Origin: Balamuthia mandrillaris
Taxonomy: Eukaryota
DNA length: 64,000 bases
Reading direction: 5' to 3'
Assembly (NCBI GenBank): GCA_031835245.2
Contig: JAVKOQ020000031.1
Span: forward strand, 62,001-126,000
The notes under the pieces: model-generated
Seen by the model: the letters and a program-made list of their open reading frames with translations, nothing else
Database searches by the model: none
What the model was told of the DNA's origin: nothing
Made by a program: the position numbers and the translations under genes
Shown here: piece after piece, positions 1-13,428 of the stretch
Layout of the letters: the number at the start of each line of letters is the position of its first letter
Position numbering within the stretch: position 1 is the stretch's first letter

Positions 1-73
1 CTCGTGCATCTTCCTTATCCCCCGTGCTTCTTTTCTTTTCTTCTTGTCTCTTTTTCTCATTCCGCGTGAGTAG

Positions 74-3000
74 GAAGTGAATCCAGCGGCATCGGGTATG
101 CACGTGGTCATTTTGGCACCAAACAAACCTTCTGCAGAGTTGGAAAATGTATTGAAGCGGTCCAAACACAGGTCTCGCATTTTCTTCTTACAAGGATCTA
201 CAACGGTAATAGACTAGAGAGTGATTTCTTTCTTTCTCTCTTACTTGTTTCCTTATTTCTTACCCTTTCTCTCTCTCCTCTCCTCTCCTTGCCTCTCCTC
301 TCCTTGGTGAACAATGCAGTGTCCTCAAGACCTGGACAGGGCTCAGATAAAGTCGGCAGAGTTTTGTTACATCTTTTCTCAATCCGAACATGCTGAACAA
401 GACGCCGATCATGGTTTCCTCTCTTTCTCTCTCGTTATCTTGCTTACTTGGTTCTGGTGGTAACCTCGATACACTGTTTAGCAACCATGTTGACGTATTT
501 GGCGGTCAAGGAACGGGCCAAAACTGTCCCAACTGCTGTCCAACTGTACCAGAACAGAAACGCGTCTACCACAATTGTATAGCCTCCAACTTTTCAGCCT
601 TGCTTTTTTTGTGTCCAGTTGTTTCCTAGATCTTTTCTGAGTCCTAACGCATTTTGTCCCTAAACGGCAGCCGTTACTCCAAAGCATGGATTACTTGTTC
701 TCTTCCAACAGTCTCAATCTGGTAGTATTGCTTCTTCTCACCATCCACTGCTTTTGCTTTGCGCTTTTCTTCACTTTCTTTTTCTTTTTCTACTTCTCCA
801 CCTTCTTCCCGCTTATTCCCTATCGGTATTGACTAAGTACTTTCTATGTCGATTCTTTCTCTGTCTTGATTCTTTGTCATACAAAATAGGCTATATTGGC
901 ACAATGTTGTTTATGTCCAGGATATTCTACTTTTATTACAAACCTCATTAGAACCTATAAAGTCAAGCATGGAGGCTTTTCCCAGATTAGGAACATGAGA
1001 GGATGGCAAGGGGAGTACGGTATGTCTTGTTCATTTTCACGCGCACCATGCTTATGGTACTGACATGTAAGTGCAGTTAAGGGGGCAGAAAACGAGTTGT
1101 TTTCGCTGGAATCTCTTCCCCACGCCTTCAACGGAATGACTTTTGCCAAAGTCGCCAAAGTACATATTTCTTCTCTCATCTTTCTTCTGCTTCAGAACTA
1201 ACACTCATTCATTACAAAGGTTCTTTACAACTACTATCACGTAATCTTATTGGGAATTGAGTGTATTGCATCCGAAGCTCCGAGTTCTCCAAGTCTAAAG
1301 AGCACCAGACAAGCCCAACGACGTAAGAATCCCATAAGAAACCTTAGTCGTTTGCTGCCCAACTTCAAAGAACCAGCTGCAAGGAACATTATTCGCAAAG
1401 GCCTGTTGGTAATGCTGCCTTGGGACTATGTCATCAGAGGAGGAGAGATGGCTGCTGTCATCGCGCCTTCATATCTACTGGTGGAAGCTATATCGCTCTA
1501 TAATTCGTTGATGGATAAGCAAGAAGGACTAAAGGATTTTCAAACTAACAAAGGAAAAAAGAAAGAGCACCAAACACATGATCAAGAGAGGACAGAAAAT
1601 ACGAAAGATGAGAAGTTGCGGGAAAGTGCAGACGATGTTCACACCAAGAACGAAGAGGAAACGAGAAGCGATGATGAGGAAGAGGGAGAACCTGAAACGG
1701 AACAAATAGAAACAACTACTACAGATAGCGAAGTGGAAGACCGCATGAGGAGAAGGCTCATTCAAGACTTGTTGGATTCCATTCATGTGGAGAAAATAGC
1801 CAACCACCACCCCACCAACGGGCGAACTGCTCTTGTCACCCCCAAAAAAGTGCAGCGTGAAATCAACAATCCAGATTTTCTTTCTTCTGTACATACATTC
1901 TCTCTATCTCCTTCTCCATCTCTCCTTCCTTTCTCTCTTCCGCACGTGTTTTTTTCTTACAAAACCGCGCCGTGCTCCTCCCTGTACCTTCCTTCCGACC
2001 TTAGTTGGGCTTGTCGAACAGATCGCAAGACGTTTCTTATCCTCCACTGAGTTTAGACGACATCCATCAAAAACGAGGCACAAGAGGAGAATTATGGGCC
2101 TCACTATCCAAACGGGCGATCAAACCTCTTTCGAAAGGAAAGAAAGATGTTTGGGGATCGTTGTTTCATCTCAATCCACCCAATTCAGGTCTTCCCCAAA
2201 CGCTTCCTCCTCCTGCCAACGTCATTCGCTTCAAAAATCATCTGTTGCTGATAGGGTAGGTTTCTTTATGCTCTTCTTTCCATCTCCATTCTATCTTGTC
2301 CTGTTCTTTGTTGTTGGAAACCGTTCTCAGCGCTCTATTTGTTGACTACGTACATTCAGATGGAGAACAGACATGGAATCAATGATCCTCAACCTTCGCA
2401 GCCGAAACATTCTCTATCCGCGTCGCATCGTCATCTTGAGCGAACGACCTCCTTCTCTTCCGCTCTGGCGCAAGCTCAGCCTCTTCCCTCATATTTATTA
2501 TGTGGAAGGGAGTGGCTTGGTTGGGGCCGACTTGAACAGAGCAGCCGTCAGCAGTGCCGATCGCATTATCATTTTAGACCGGTCATCCCCTACCCTTGGT
2601 AGCGGAGATGATGACAAACCCCCGACGCCTGTGGTAGATACTAGGATGTTGGGGGATGCAGAAAACATGTTCATTCTGCGTGCCATACAATCAAACTGGC
2701 CTCACAAAGCTCTAGTTTCTTCAATTGGTATGTGCTATTGTTTGCTTTGTTCTTTCAGCTTTCTCGCTTCCTATCATTTACTTTGTATCCTCTAGTGGAT
2801 GCTGGAAACATGCGGTTCTTGAATGAAGGAATGGAAGACGTGTACCTAAGGAAGTTGGTAAACGAGTACTCCAAGTCCCAATGGAGCAACTTCGCTTACA
2901 ACTACCTGGAAAGCTTTGCTGCTGGAAAACTCTACACACCCTCCGTGATAAACTCGCTCGTCGTTCAGGTTTGTTCTCCATTCATAGGTTTTTTCACTTG

Positions 3001-3998
3001 TTACACTTCATTCTTTCTATCCACTTCTTAAACAAACACCACAAAAACAGCTTTACTGGAATCCCAGAGTATTGAACATGGTGAAGTTGATGACTGGAGC
3101 TGGATCTTCAGTGGTTGAACGAATCTGTATGTAGTCATCATAGCCTTCCTTTTCCTTTTGCTCCCTTCTATCCGACTCCCAACGCAATCTACACACAAAT
3201 AGGTGGATGTAACACATGGGTAATGCCTGTCCCTAGCGGCATGGTCGGCAAAACATTCCACCACTTGTTTTCCTATCTGATAACATCCCACCTAGGCGTG
3301 CCTGTAGCACTGTATCGAAAAAAACAACAAACGGAAAACGAGGACGTCAGTTCGGATGGTGATGATGATGATGATGATGATGATACCTTGGAGAGCAGTA
3401 ACTCCACTGAAGCAGAATACGAGGGGGACGAAGGTGTCGAATTGGATGGTACCATCTCTTTCTGTTCTTTTTGTCTCACCGCTTAGTCGTTCTTCTTTGT
3501 TTTTTTACTTTCATCGTCATCGTTTACTGAGCGTTGTGTTTCACAGAGCTGGCCCAGAAAGAATGGGAAAGCGACCATCATCGGTTCCTGAGCCAGGACC
3601 AAAGGATCATGGAACGTTATGTCTACACCAATCCAGAGCCGCAAGTGCAGCTCCGCACCGATGATAAAGTCTTTGTGATGGCTCTCTCCGAACCGGATGT
3701 AGTTTCAGACCAACCATGGGAGAAGAAGAAGAAGCGAGACATGAAAACATCTTGGCGCAATCCAAGGAGCAGCTTTCTAGCAGAAGAGGACAGCACTGTT
3801 TCCAGTGATGATGACGGCATGGAGCTGAACGAGAGCTGGCTCAAAGGCGCACCCAGTCCCATGGGTTCATCTGATGTTCAGAAAGCAGGAGAAGCACAGG
3901 ATGGAGTAGACATCAACATAAGAAAGAAGACTAAGAAAAAGATGAAGAAGAACAAGAAGAGGAAGAACAACAACAACAAGAACAAGAAATACAAATGA
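74..3998 (+). CDS. Slo/BK-family potassium channel, copy 1 (multi-exon; 5' part lies left of the window, RCK1/RCK2 gating-ring region visible)
   Basis: Spliced exons give [96 protein letters not shown] and RYVYTNP, matching Slo-family RCK motifs. Exon-by-exon paralogous to the gene at 4862. Confidence 0.85.
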
Positions 3999-4692
3999 GG
4001 ATGGTGAAACCTCATCTTCTTTGATAAGAGCTCCGCCTTAGCTAATCGGTTTATTTTTTCCTTGTTGTTATGTTAGGCGAGCTCTCTCCCACTAAGGGCG
4101 TAGAGCGAAACCTTGTCTTGATAGCCTCACCACGTATGGGGCGTGTTTGGCCATGTCTTGAAGGTTCAGCCGGATAATGTCCCTCCACTGCTTTTGTGTT
4201 CCTTTTCGGATTGGTGGGTGAGCTCTCTTTCGCTGACACCACAGACGTTCTCCCAGCCTACCTATAGGAATGGGAATCTTGGAAGCCTCATCATGGCAGG
4301 CGCGGGGAGTTTGAACTGCTGACAAGTTTTTTCTTTTGTTTTTTCCTTCCTCGTGCTTGCAACAAGCTTTCCTTGCAGTTTCCTATTGTTCCGTGTTTGC
4401 AACAGGCTTGCACTGAATCTGTTCTTGTGATTGCAAGGAGTTGGAGAGGAGAGCAAGCGCACCAAAGCGTAGGCTTTCCGACGACGGTTCCATTATATTT
4501 TTTTTTTTTTTTTTTTTTTGGAGCTAGCACAGGGTGAAGCTTGGCATGATTGCCGTTGGGTTAGGATCACCAGGCCCAGCCAGCCAGAACCACACGAAGG
4601 AGAGCAAAAGAAGAACGTTCGTTCCTCACTCCCTTTTCTTGTGTGTAGCACAAACAGTTTTCACCTAAATTTGCGTATTTCGGAAGCACCAA

Positions 4693-4765
4693 GCCGAGCT
4701 AGCTCAGTCGGTAGAGCGCAAGACTCTTAATCTTGTGGTCGTGGGTTCGAGCCCCACGCTTGGCG
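4693..4765 (+). tRNA. tRNA-Lys (anticodon CTT)
   Basis: 73-nt cloverleaf: acceptor GCCGAGC/GCTTGGC, D arm GCTC/GAGC, anticodon stem CAAGA/TCTTG with loop CT-CTT-AA, T arm GTGGG-TTCGAGC-CCCAC; T-rich Pol III terminator directly after. Confidence 0.97.
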
Positions 4766-4861
4766 ATTTCTTTTTTCTTATTTTTATTTATTTTTTTCCA
4801 ACAAAACAAAAAAGAAAGAAAGACGACTACTCCGAAGCAAAGGAGGAGAGGCTCAGGAAGC

Positions 4862-7800
4862 ATGGAGGAGGACACGAGGCTGACTTGGATCATTTTGGCG
4901 GTCCCTGTGGTGCTTGTTGTGTTGGCGTCCCTGGCCTGGTGGTTGTTCAGACGGTCGCCTTGGCACCTGCCGCTCTTGAGGCGGACCTCCGGGTTTTGGC
5001 TCAAGGAGGAGGCGGTGCGACGGGCTCTGCGCCATGTTATGACGGACACCGCCTTTGCTACCGTTTGGGTAACCCTTTTTCTTTGCTTTGCTTTGCTTTT
5101 TGGTGTTTGCTTTAGTTTGTCTTTCTTAGCTCTCTGCCTCTTCTTCTCCTCCTTCTCTGTGTTCTCTCTCCGCTCCTGACACACCACCAAACACAGACCC
5201 TGTTTCAACTGGCTGTCACGGCTCTCGCCTTGGTGCATTACGCGGTTACCACTTACTATGGGTCGTTGCCCCTTTGGCTCTCCATTACGGAGCTGCTTCT
5301 TAGCATATGCTTCGCCGCCGACTATCTCATCTACTTTTACTTAGCTTCCAACCGGTTTATTATCTCTTTCTTCTTGTTCTTGTCCTTGCCTTCTGCTTTT
5401 ACTTTTTTTGTTGTTTTTCTTGCTCGTTCTTCGTGCTTCGTTCTTCTTCTTGTTCTTCTTCTTTTTCTGTTTCTTCTTGTTCTTCTTCTTGTTCTTCTTG
5501 TTCTTCTTCTTCTTCTTCTTGTTCTTCTTCTTCTTGTTCTTCTTCTTCTTCTTCTTCTTCTTCTTCTTCTTCTTCTTCTTCTTCATCTTCTTCGTATCCT
5601 CAATCCTTAGTGGCTAAACCAAGTTTTTAGGCTTCGCTATTTCTTTAGCTTGTTGCCACTGATCGACTATTTGACGGTGTTGCCTGTGTTTATTTCGTTT
5701 GCAGCAGGGGATTGGAACCAAAATGCGTTTGTAAGTTTTGCTCCATTGCGGACCCTGCGTGCATTACGAGTCGTTCGTGCTTTGAGAGCAACGACTCTTA
5801 TATCCTCCAGTACTTCTCCATCTCCTGCTTATTTTCTTCTTGACCTCTTCTGTTTCAACTTCTAAGCACGGCTCCAATTCAGTTGTAACAAGACAGATCT
5901 TACGAATTGCAGTTCTTATGGCAAGTTTGATATTTATCGGAGCATCCCTCATCCAACTTGTGGAGCGCCTAGCTGATGGGTTCGAATATGACTTCCACGT
6001 CTTGCTTTATTTCACTGTTGTGGTTTGTTTCCTTTTCCCTTATGAATTGTATTTAATTTCTTTTATAACTCAACACATGAAACTTGTGATAGACTTTTAG
6101 TACAGTTGGTTATGGAGACATATCACCAGTTTCCGATGCTGGTAAAATGGTGATGCTAGTTTTGATAATTTTAGCTTATGTGCTATTGCCCTATCAACTC
6201 GCGCACTTTGTCAACGTGGTGGCATTGAGCAAAAACTATTACCTCAAAACGTACAGCAAGCGTCGCATTCGACCGCCTCCTCATGCCGTGTTCATTGGGC
6301 AGGCCCCAAATCTTGTGGAAATCATACAAGAGTTCTTAACTACAGTCTGTCAATCCTTCTTATTATGATCTTTTTCTTGCTTTTTCTTTTCTTGTTTCGT
6401 TGTTGATGCTTGTCCTTTCTCTCTTGTTCATTTATGCAGGAAACGAACCCAGCGGCATCTTCAATGCAAGTGGTTATCTTGGCGCCTGACAAACCTTCTG
6501 CAGACTTGGAAATTGTTTTAACGCGGTCCAAGTACAGGTCTCGTATTTTCTTTTTGCAAGGGTCAACCACGGTACGACTATCAAGAAACCTGTCCTTACA
6601 TAGTTATTTTTAAAAAAATATTAATTATTCTTTTTTCGTTTACTCATGATGCATGTAGAGTCAGCAAGACTTGGACAGAGCCCTTCTTAAGTCGGCTGAG
6701 TTTTGTTACATCTTTTCTCAAGCAGAACATGCTGAACAAGATGCTGATCATGGTTCCAGCTCACTCACTCTCTCTCTCTCTCTCCTTCTCTTTTCTTGCT
6801 TTTTAACTACTATTTTAGCAACTTTGTTGACGTATTTGGCGGTCAAGGAAAGGGCAAAAAATATTCCAACTGCTGTTCAGCTTTATCAGAACAGAGGTTC
6901 GACCACCAACGTACGTTTCTTGTTCCTCCATCTTTCTGTAGTGAGAAACCTAGTTTTATCACTTCTAAAACCATTTCTTAATTAGCCGTTACTCCGAAGC
7001 ATGGATTTCGTATTCTCTTTCAACAGTCTCAACTTGGTATTTATGATTTTTTGTTCTGTTATCCATTTGTTTCTTCTTTTTAGTTTCTCCTTTACCTTTT
7101 GCTTCTCCGTCTTATATCTTTTGTTGCAACTACCTTATCGTACAACCAGGCTTTCTTGTCGCAATGTTGTTTATGTCCAGGCTATTCTACGCTAATCACC
7201 AACCTCATCAGAACTTACAGAGGAAACAGCAGAGGCTTTTCCAAAATAAAGAACATGAACACTTGGCAAGGAGAATACGGTTTCTCGTTCTCTCTCCTGC
7301 TTTCTTCTCTTTTCATCTATCTTACCTCACTCTGTTTGTCCATTATGTCTAGTGAGAGGAGCAGAAAACGACTTGTTTTCTCTGGAATCCCTACCACAAG
7401 CCTTCAAAGGAATGACCTTTGCCAAAGTTGCAAAAGTAAATTTGCCCACATCTCTCATATCTTTTTTTTTGTTTTTTGCCCTGGTTAATCTCATTATCTC
7501 TCTTTCTCGCTCTTCCTAACAGATTTTATATTACTACTATCACGTCATACTATTGGGAATTGAATGCACCACATCCGAAACTCCTCAACCATCAAAACAA
7601 CTCAACGATTTGGGACTACAGCAACGGACTAGCGCTCTATCAAGATTAGGCAGGGCGTTGATCCAGGTTTTGCTCTCCAACTTTAAGCAACCGGCTGCAA
7701 AGAATATTCGACGAAATGGTCTTTTGATGATGCTCCCTTGGGACTACGTGATAAAAGGAGGAGAGATGGCAGCTGTCGTTGCTTCTTCTGCTAACCTGGT

Positions 7801-10721
7801 GGAGGCTATATCGCTCTTCAATACGCTAATGACGAAGAAAGATGGATACATGGCACGTCGCCGAGCGCGAAAGCGGAAAAAGAAAGAGCAAAGAGCACCT
7901 GAGAAGACAAAGGAAGAAAAGAAAACATGTAGCCAGTTAAACCATAGTTTAGAAGATATTCTCACTGAAAATGAAGGAGATGATGAAGAAACGATGTTTG
8001 AGCGCAGCGAAGCAGAGATAAGGCAACAAAGGCAAGCATCATTGACAATGGATGAGATAGATGATAAAATGAGAGAAAGGTTCATTCAGGACTTGTTGGA
8101 TACTATTCATGTGGAGAAACTAGCCAGCAAGCGGATAACCAAAGGGCGAACCGCTCTGTTCACCACCAAAAAAGTGCAGCAAGAAATCAACAGTCCCAGT
8201 TTTCTTTCTTCAGTACGTATACGTATCTCTGTGCTTTGGCTTATCGCTTTGTTTCTTATCCCCTCCGCGATGGTTCTTGCTCATTCAACAACAATAAGTA
8301 CAGTTGGGACTGTCCAACAGAGTGAAACACTTCTCGGATCCTCCGCTCAGCCTGGACGACATCCTACAAACACGGAGCTCAAAAGGAGGAATATGGGTAG
8401 CGTTGACCAAACGTGCCATCAAACCTCTTTCCACAGGAAAGAAGGATGTTTGGGGATCGTTGTTTCATCTCAACGCAGAAAATTCAGGGCTTCCTCAAAC
8501 TCTTCCATCTCCCACCAAGGTTATTCGCTCTAAACACCATTTGTTGCTCATCGGGTACTTCACTTTCTTATCAAGGCCTTGCTCTTTCTCACTTTGTCTT
8601 TCCTCTGGTTGTTTCTTTCTCACTTTTGTGTATATCTTTGAATAGCTGGAGAGCAGGCATGGAATCAATGATCCTCAACCTTCGCAGCCGAAACATTCTC
8701 TATCCGCGTCGCATCGTCATCTTGAGCGAACGACCTCCTTCTCTTCCGCTCTGGCAAAAACTCAGTCTCTTTCCTCATATCTATTACGTGAAAGGAAGTG
8801 GCTTGGTTGAGGCCGACTTGACCAGAGCAGCCGTCAGCAGTGCCGATCGCATTATCATTTTAGATCGATCCTCGCCTTCTAATTCACTGGGTGGTAAGAA
8901 TGAAGACGAGTCTGCACCTTCTGTGGTCTTAGATGATGCAGAAAACTTGTTCATTACGCGCACGATACTGGCTAATTGGCCTCACAAGGCTTTGGTTTCT
9001 TCAATTGGTACGCTTCGCTTGTCATGTGCTGTTTTGGGTGTCTACTCTGCGTATCTCTTTTCTTTTCTTCTCTTCTCCCTTTCCTTATCTCTCGTCTCTC
9101 TTCTTTTTCTCTTCTTTCTCTTCTGACTCCGAAGACCTTTATTTGTGGTTGGTTTGGAATGAAATAGTGGATGCCCGAAACATGCGGTTCATGAACGAAC
9201 AAACGGAAGATGTACTTTTGAAGAAGTTGGTAAAAGAATATTCCAAATCCCAATGGGGTACCAGCGCGTATAGCTACCTGGAAAGCTTTGCCGCTGGACG
9301 TCTCTACACGCCCTCCGTCATCAATTCTTTGGTGGTTCAGGTGCTTTCTTCTATACTCTTTCGCATTTCTTCCTTATTTTCGTTGAAGTAATAACAACAT
9401 TCTCTGTCATAAATAAATCAGCTGTATTGGAATCCACGAATACTGCACATGGTAAAGTTGCTTACAGGTGCTGGCTCCACTGTTGTGGAACGAATTTGTA
9501 TGAACCTATCACATTTCATTCTCCAAGTTCGCCTGCCATGTATTTAACCATGCCGTTTACTTTCCCTTCCTGTTGTCCTTCTGCTTCTTCTTCTTCTTCT
9601 TCTTCTTCTTGTTCTTCTTCTTGTTCTTCTTCTTCTTCTTCTTCTTCTTCTTCTTCTTCTTCTTCTTCTTCTGCTTCTTCTTCTTCTTCTTCTTCTTCTT
9701 CTTCTTCTTCTTCTTCTTCTTCTTCTTCTTCTTCTTCTTCTTCTTCTTCTTCTTCTTCTTCTTCTTCTTCTTCTTGCCCTTGCCCTTCTGTTTCATGTCC
9801 TCGCCTCCTACTTCCTTGTTTTCTCAAAAAACAAATAGGTGGATGTAATGCATGGGAAATCCCTGTTCCAGACGGAATGGTCGGCAAAACATTCTACGAG
9901 CTGTTTTGCTACCTCCTTCGGTTGCGCGTAGGAGTTCCTGTTGCGCTATACCGAAAGAAACAGCAGCCACGACGCAAATCAACCTACAACAAGGGTTTCG
10001 GGATTGATGACGAATTTTTGTTTAGCGAAAGTTCCAGCAGTGACGATAGCGAATTCAAAGATGACTTGGATAGCAGCTTTGAAATGGATGGTGAGCTCCT
10101 TCATGTTCACCGAATCGTTCTTCTCTTCTTTCGGCTTTTTTTTCTCCTTGTTAATTTGTTCTCTGCACAATCTTTTTTGTTTTCATCACAGAGTTGGAAA
10201 ATGAAGAATGGGAACAAACCGACCACTACGTCTACACCAATCCAGAGCCGCATGTGCAACTTCGCAACGACGACAAAGTCTTTGTGATGGCTCTCTCCGA
10301 ACCGGATTTTGTTTTCCATCAAATACGGGAGGAGAAGAAGAAGCGAGCCATGAAAGCATCTTGGCGGAAATCAAGAGGCAGCTTTGAAGCAAGCAGTCAT
10401 TGCGGTTTGGATAGTAGTGGCGAAGAAAAAAATGAAGAACAAGACGACACGAGAAAAAAGGACAAGACCCCAATTTTCAAAAGAAGAAGCAAAGGTAACT
10501 CACCGAAAGAACCAAAGAATGGGAATGCTAAGCCGGAAAAAAAGAAGGCGACGCGAAACATTCAGACGAGCACCACGAACAATTCATCAGAAGAAGGAGA
10601 GGAAGACATACAGAATGACAGCGGCGAACAATTAGCTCAAAAGAGGGAAGAAGAAGATGATGAAGAAGAAGAAGAAGAACAAGAAGACGTAACCAAGCGG
10701 AAAGACGAGTTACGGCCTTGA
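4862..10721 (+). CDS. Slo/BK-family potassium channel, copy 2 (full length, multi-exon)
   Basis: N-terminal S0-like TM ([23 protein letters not shown]), S4 [15 protein letters not shown], pore exon [12 protein letters not shown] at 6093-6128, S6, then RCK1/RCK2 motifs ending [18 protein letters not shown]. Confidence 0.9.
5440..5593 (+). repeat. intronic (CTT)n/(CTTGTT) microsatellite
   Basis: Read directly; lies within an intron of channel copy 2. Confidence 0.95.
9578..9776 (+). repeat. intronic (CTT)n microsatellite
   Basis: Read directly; absent from the homologous intron of copy 1 (about 3127-3202). Confidence 0.95.
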
Positions 10722-11055
10722 GTGCAGGGGTGCGAAAAGGCCCAACAGCCGATGCAAACCTTTATTTGACAAACAGCAACAACTTTATAATTCATTAGGA
10801 GATGACGTGGCCAATTTTGACTGGTGGTTACTATAGCTACAGCATTACCGGAGGAGAGATTTCGAGTGGAATCCGTGGCCACTGCCCAGAAACATATTCG
10901 CTTTTTTGTAATGCCCAGATGCATGGGGCAGAAATTGATATTCGACCTTGCGTGGAGTTACTCGAAAACCACGACAGCAATTGAGGCACTTCAAAGAAGA
11001 GGAAGAAGGACGCAACGAAAGACGAAAGATCAAGAGAAGCGAGGAAAAAGCAAAG

Positions 11056-13305
11056 ATGAAGAGAGCAAGCTTGAACTCCGCTTTTCCTTCTCTGTTCGTC
11101 TTCGTCATGCTGATGACCACGACCACACCTATGGCAGAAAGCGTGTCCCTCCCAGCTTGTCCCTTTGGAACCAGCTACACGGAACGTTTCCACACCTGCT
11201 CCTCCTTCTGCCTGTCCTTTCTGGACACGCCTCAGCAAACGCCCTCCTCTTACATTCCCCTTTGCGAGTGCGTCACCAATTATTTTTGGCCCTGTTTGGG
11301 CTGTGTAAATATCTCGTTTAGTTTTGACTCTTGGAGCGTCGACGCTGAGACGGAGGAGCTGTTGCGGAGGGTCAGCGCTTGTTCCTCCTGTCCTGGAGCG
11401 ATCCCTGAGGATTATTTTGACCTTTGCTTTTATGATCTGCCTATTCTAGGTATTTCTTTCCCTTTCTCTCTCTTTTTTTTTTTTTTTTTTGAAAAGAAAA
11501 AGTATTTCTTATAAAACAAATGTGAAAACACAGAATGGGACGTATATGACCAGTGTAATTATTACAATGAAACAAGTGGCGAAACGGCAGTGACCGGATT
11601 TGTGGCGGAGATGAATCACCAAGGCTCTGAAGTTTTGGCTTGCGAGTGTTCAGAAGGATGGGCTGGACCCCGTTGTCAATATCGTACGTTGCATCTTATT
11701 GTTGATTCTTTCTTGTTGTTTCTCTATCTTGTTCATTTCGCTAAAAAACTCAAACGAATGAAGAACGAACAGAAGAGAATTGTGAGCTATGGGATGAACC
11801 CACACGCAGCTACACAGGTGGCTGTGTCTCTCCAGAACATTCCGACATATCGTGTCCTTCTGAGCAGAAACCATACTTGTACTTTGTCTTCATCCTCTCC
11901 TGTTCTTTTGTTCTTGTTCTTCTTCCGCTTCTTTTGGAGGTCTGAAACTTCCTTCCTTCCGCCTTAAATAGATGCGATGAACGGAATGGAGTTTGTGTCG
12001 CCAACGAGGATTTCTGTCCCACCGGCTCTGGAGATATCGCCATTGACGGTTCAACGTCACAACAAGACGGAGACACGTTCATAGACGGCGGAGACGAATA
12101 CTGGAATGGATGTCCTGTCCACAAACCCGATCGATGCACCAACGGAACATGCGTGGCAAACGCATCACAAGAGTGTCTGCAATGTAGCTATCTGTCTCCA
12201 TCTTCCTCCTCTTCATACTCTTCCTCTGCTACGTCGCCTCCAGTAATGGAAGAAAAAGAAGGAACACGTTGTTGGGATGGCAGCTGTGCAGCTTCAGGGC
12301 ATCAATGCTCAGCTCCTCCTATTGACACAAAGCCTACTCCTCAAGTCATTCCTATTCCTTCCCACCAACTCGAACCTCTCTATATCACCATCATGAGCGC
12401 TTCTTCTTCTTCATCCTTTCCTTTGGGCCACGTCATTGTAGAGCCTTACACCTTTTTTTCAGAAGCAGAAGAAGATGAAAGTAGACTTATACTGTCGGTT
12501 GACGCTGTTGCAGACTCGGAGATGGTGCAACTGGTTGGAGAAGAAGTGGTTCATGAGGTGTTCTCGACTATCGTCTCTTTGGAAGTGAGGGATAACGTAA
12601 CTGGCGAACTGTTCCACGGTCCATTCCTTAGGCCCATCTTTCTTTCTTTAAGAGTATTGAACCTTCCGATCTTTGTGGTTAGTAGTTTTTTCCTTCTGTT
12701 TTTGTTGCCTTTTGTTCTCGCTTCACTGACTTTTAACTGTTAAAACGAATGTTCAGAACGACTTGACTGAAACACAGCTAGCCTTTGTGGACGAAGAACA
12801 AAACGAATGGAAACGACTCCCTTCAGCTGTTGTCGTATCGACAACAAATGGAGAGGAGGAAATATCAACTCTCACAGACCACTTTACCAAGTTTGCAGTC
12901 CTCTTTGGTCACAGTGAGCTTTCTTCGGAACAACAGAGCGGAGGAGACGAAGAAGACTCTCCTCTCCTGAACGAAGCCAAGGCGGGGATCATCGCAGGCT
13001 GCTTGGCTGCCGTTGTGCTGCTGTTGGTTATTATTTCTGCAGTGACTTTAAGAGCCCGTCACCGGTTTCTGCTTCGACGAAAGAAACAGCCCTCTCCTCA
13101 GCAGGCACCACCGCCATCATCTCAGCAACAACACCCTTTTGCAGCAGAAGAAGGCAAAGAGAAGAGCCCGCCTGATGCTCGCGCACGTTCCTCCTCCTCC
13201 TCCCTGTTCGACGACCAAATCATCGACGTGGAGGACGGGAGAGGCACCAACAGCAAGAAAAAAAACACCCTGACCTTCCAACACATCCAAACGCTTGTGG
13301 ACTGA
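11056..13305 (+). CDS. Single-pass surface receptor: signal peptide, Cys-rich/EGF-like modules, GPS-like motif, TM
   Basis: MKRASLNSAFPSLFVFVMLM signal-like start; EGF-like CECSEGWAGPRCQY; CPVHKPDRCTNGTC and RCWDGSC repeats; TLTDHFTKFAVL; TM GIIAGCLAAVVLLLVIISAV followed by basic residues. Confidence 0.75.
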
Positions 13306-13428
13306 AACTCTTTGTGTTGTCTTATGTAAGTAACTATTATTTATAACTTTGTTTTAAAATAATAAAATAATTGTATAAAATGCTGTTATATTTATGTATA
13401 TCTAAGAATAACGACCTGTCCGAACAGT

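Noticed and set aside
4150..4325. Possible RNase P/MRP or C/D snoRNA (GAAGGTTCAG..TTGAAC; ATGATGA on minus)
   Set aside because: Conserved regions incomplete, spacing wrong, no convincing terminal stem.
5800..5869. Possible AT-AC minor intron (ATATCCTCC...AAGCAC) in channel copy 2; it would splice in frame
   Set aside because: A normal GT-AG intron 5810-5882 is also in frame (TTLISSIVTRQ) and uses a donor typical of this genome; the U12 branch match is weak and too distant.
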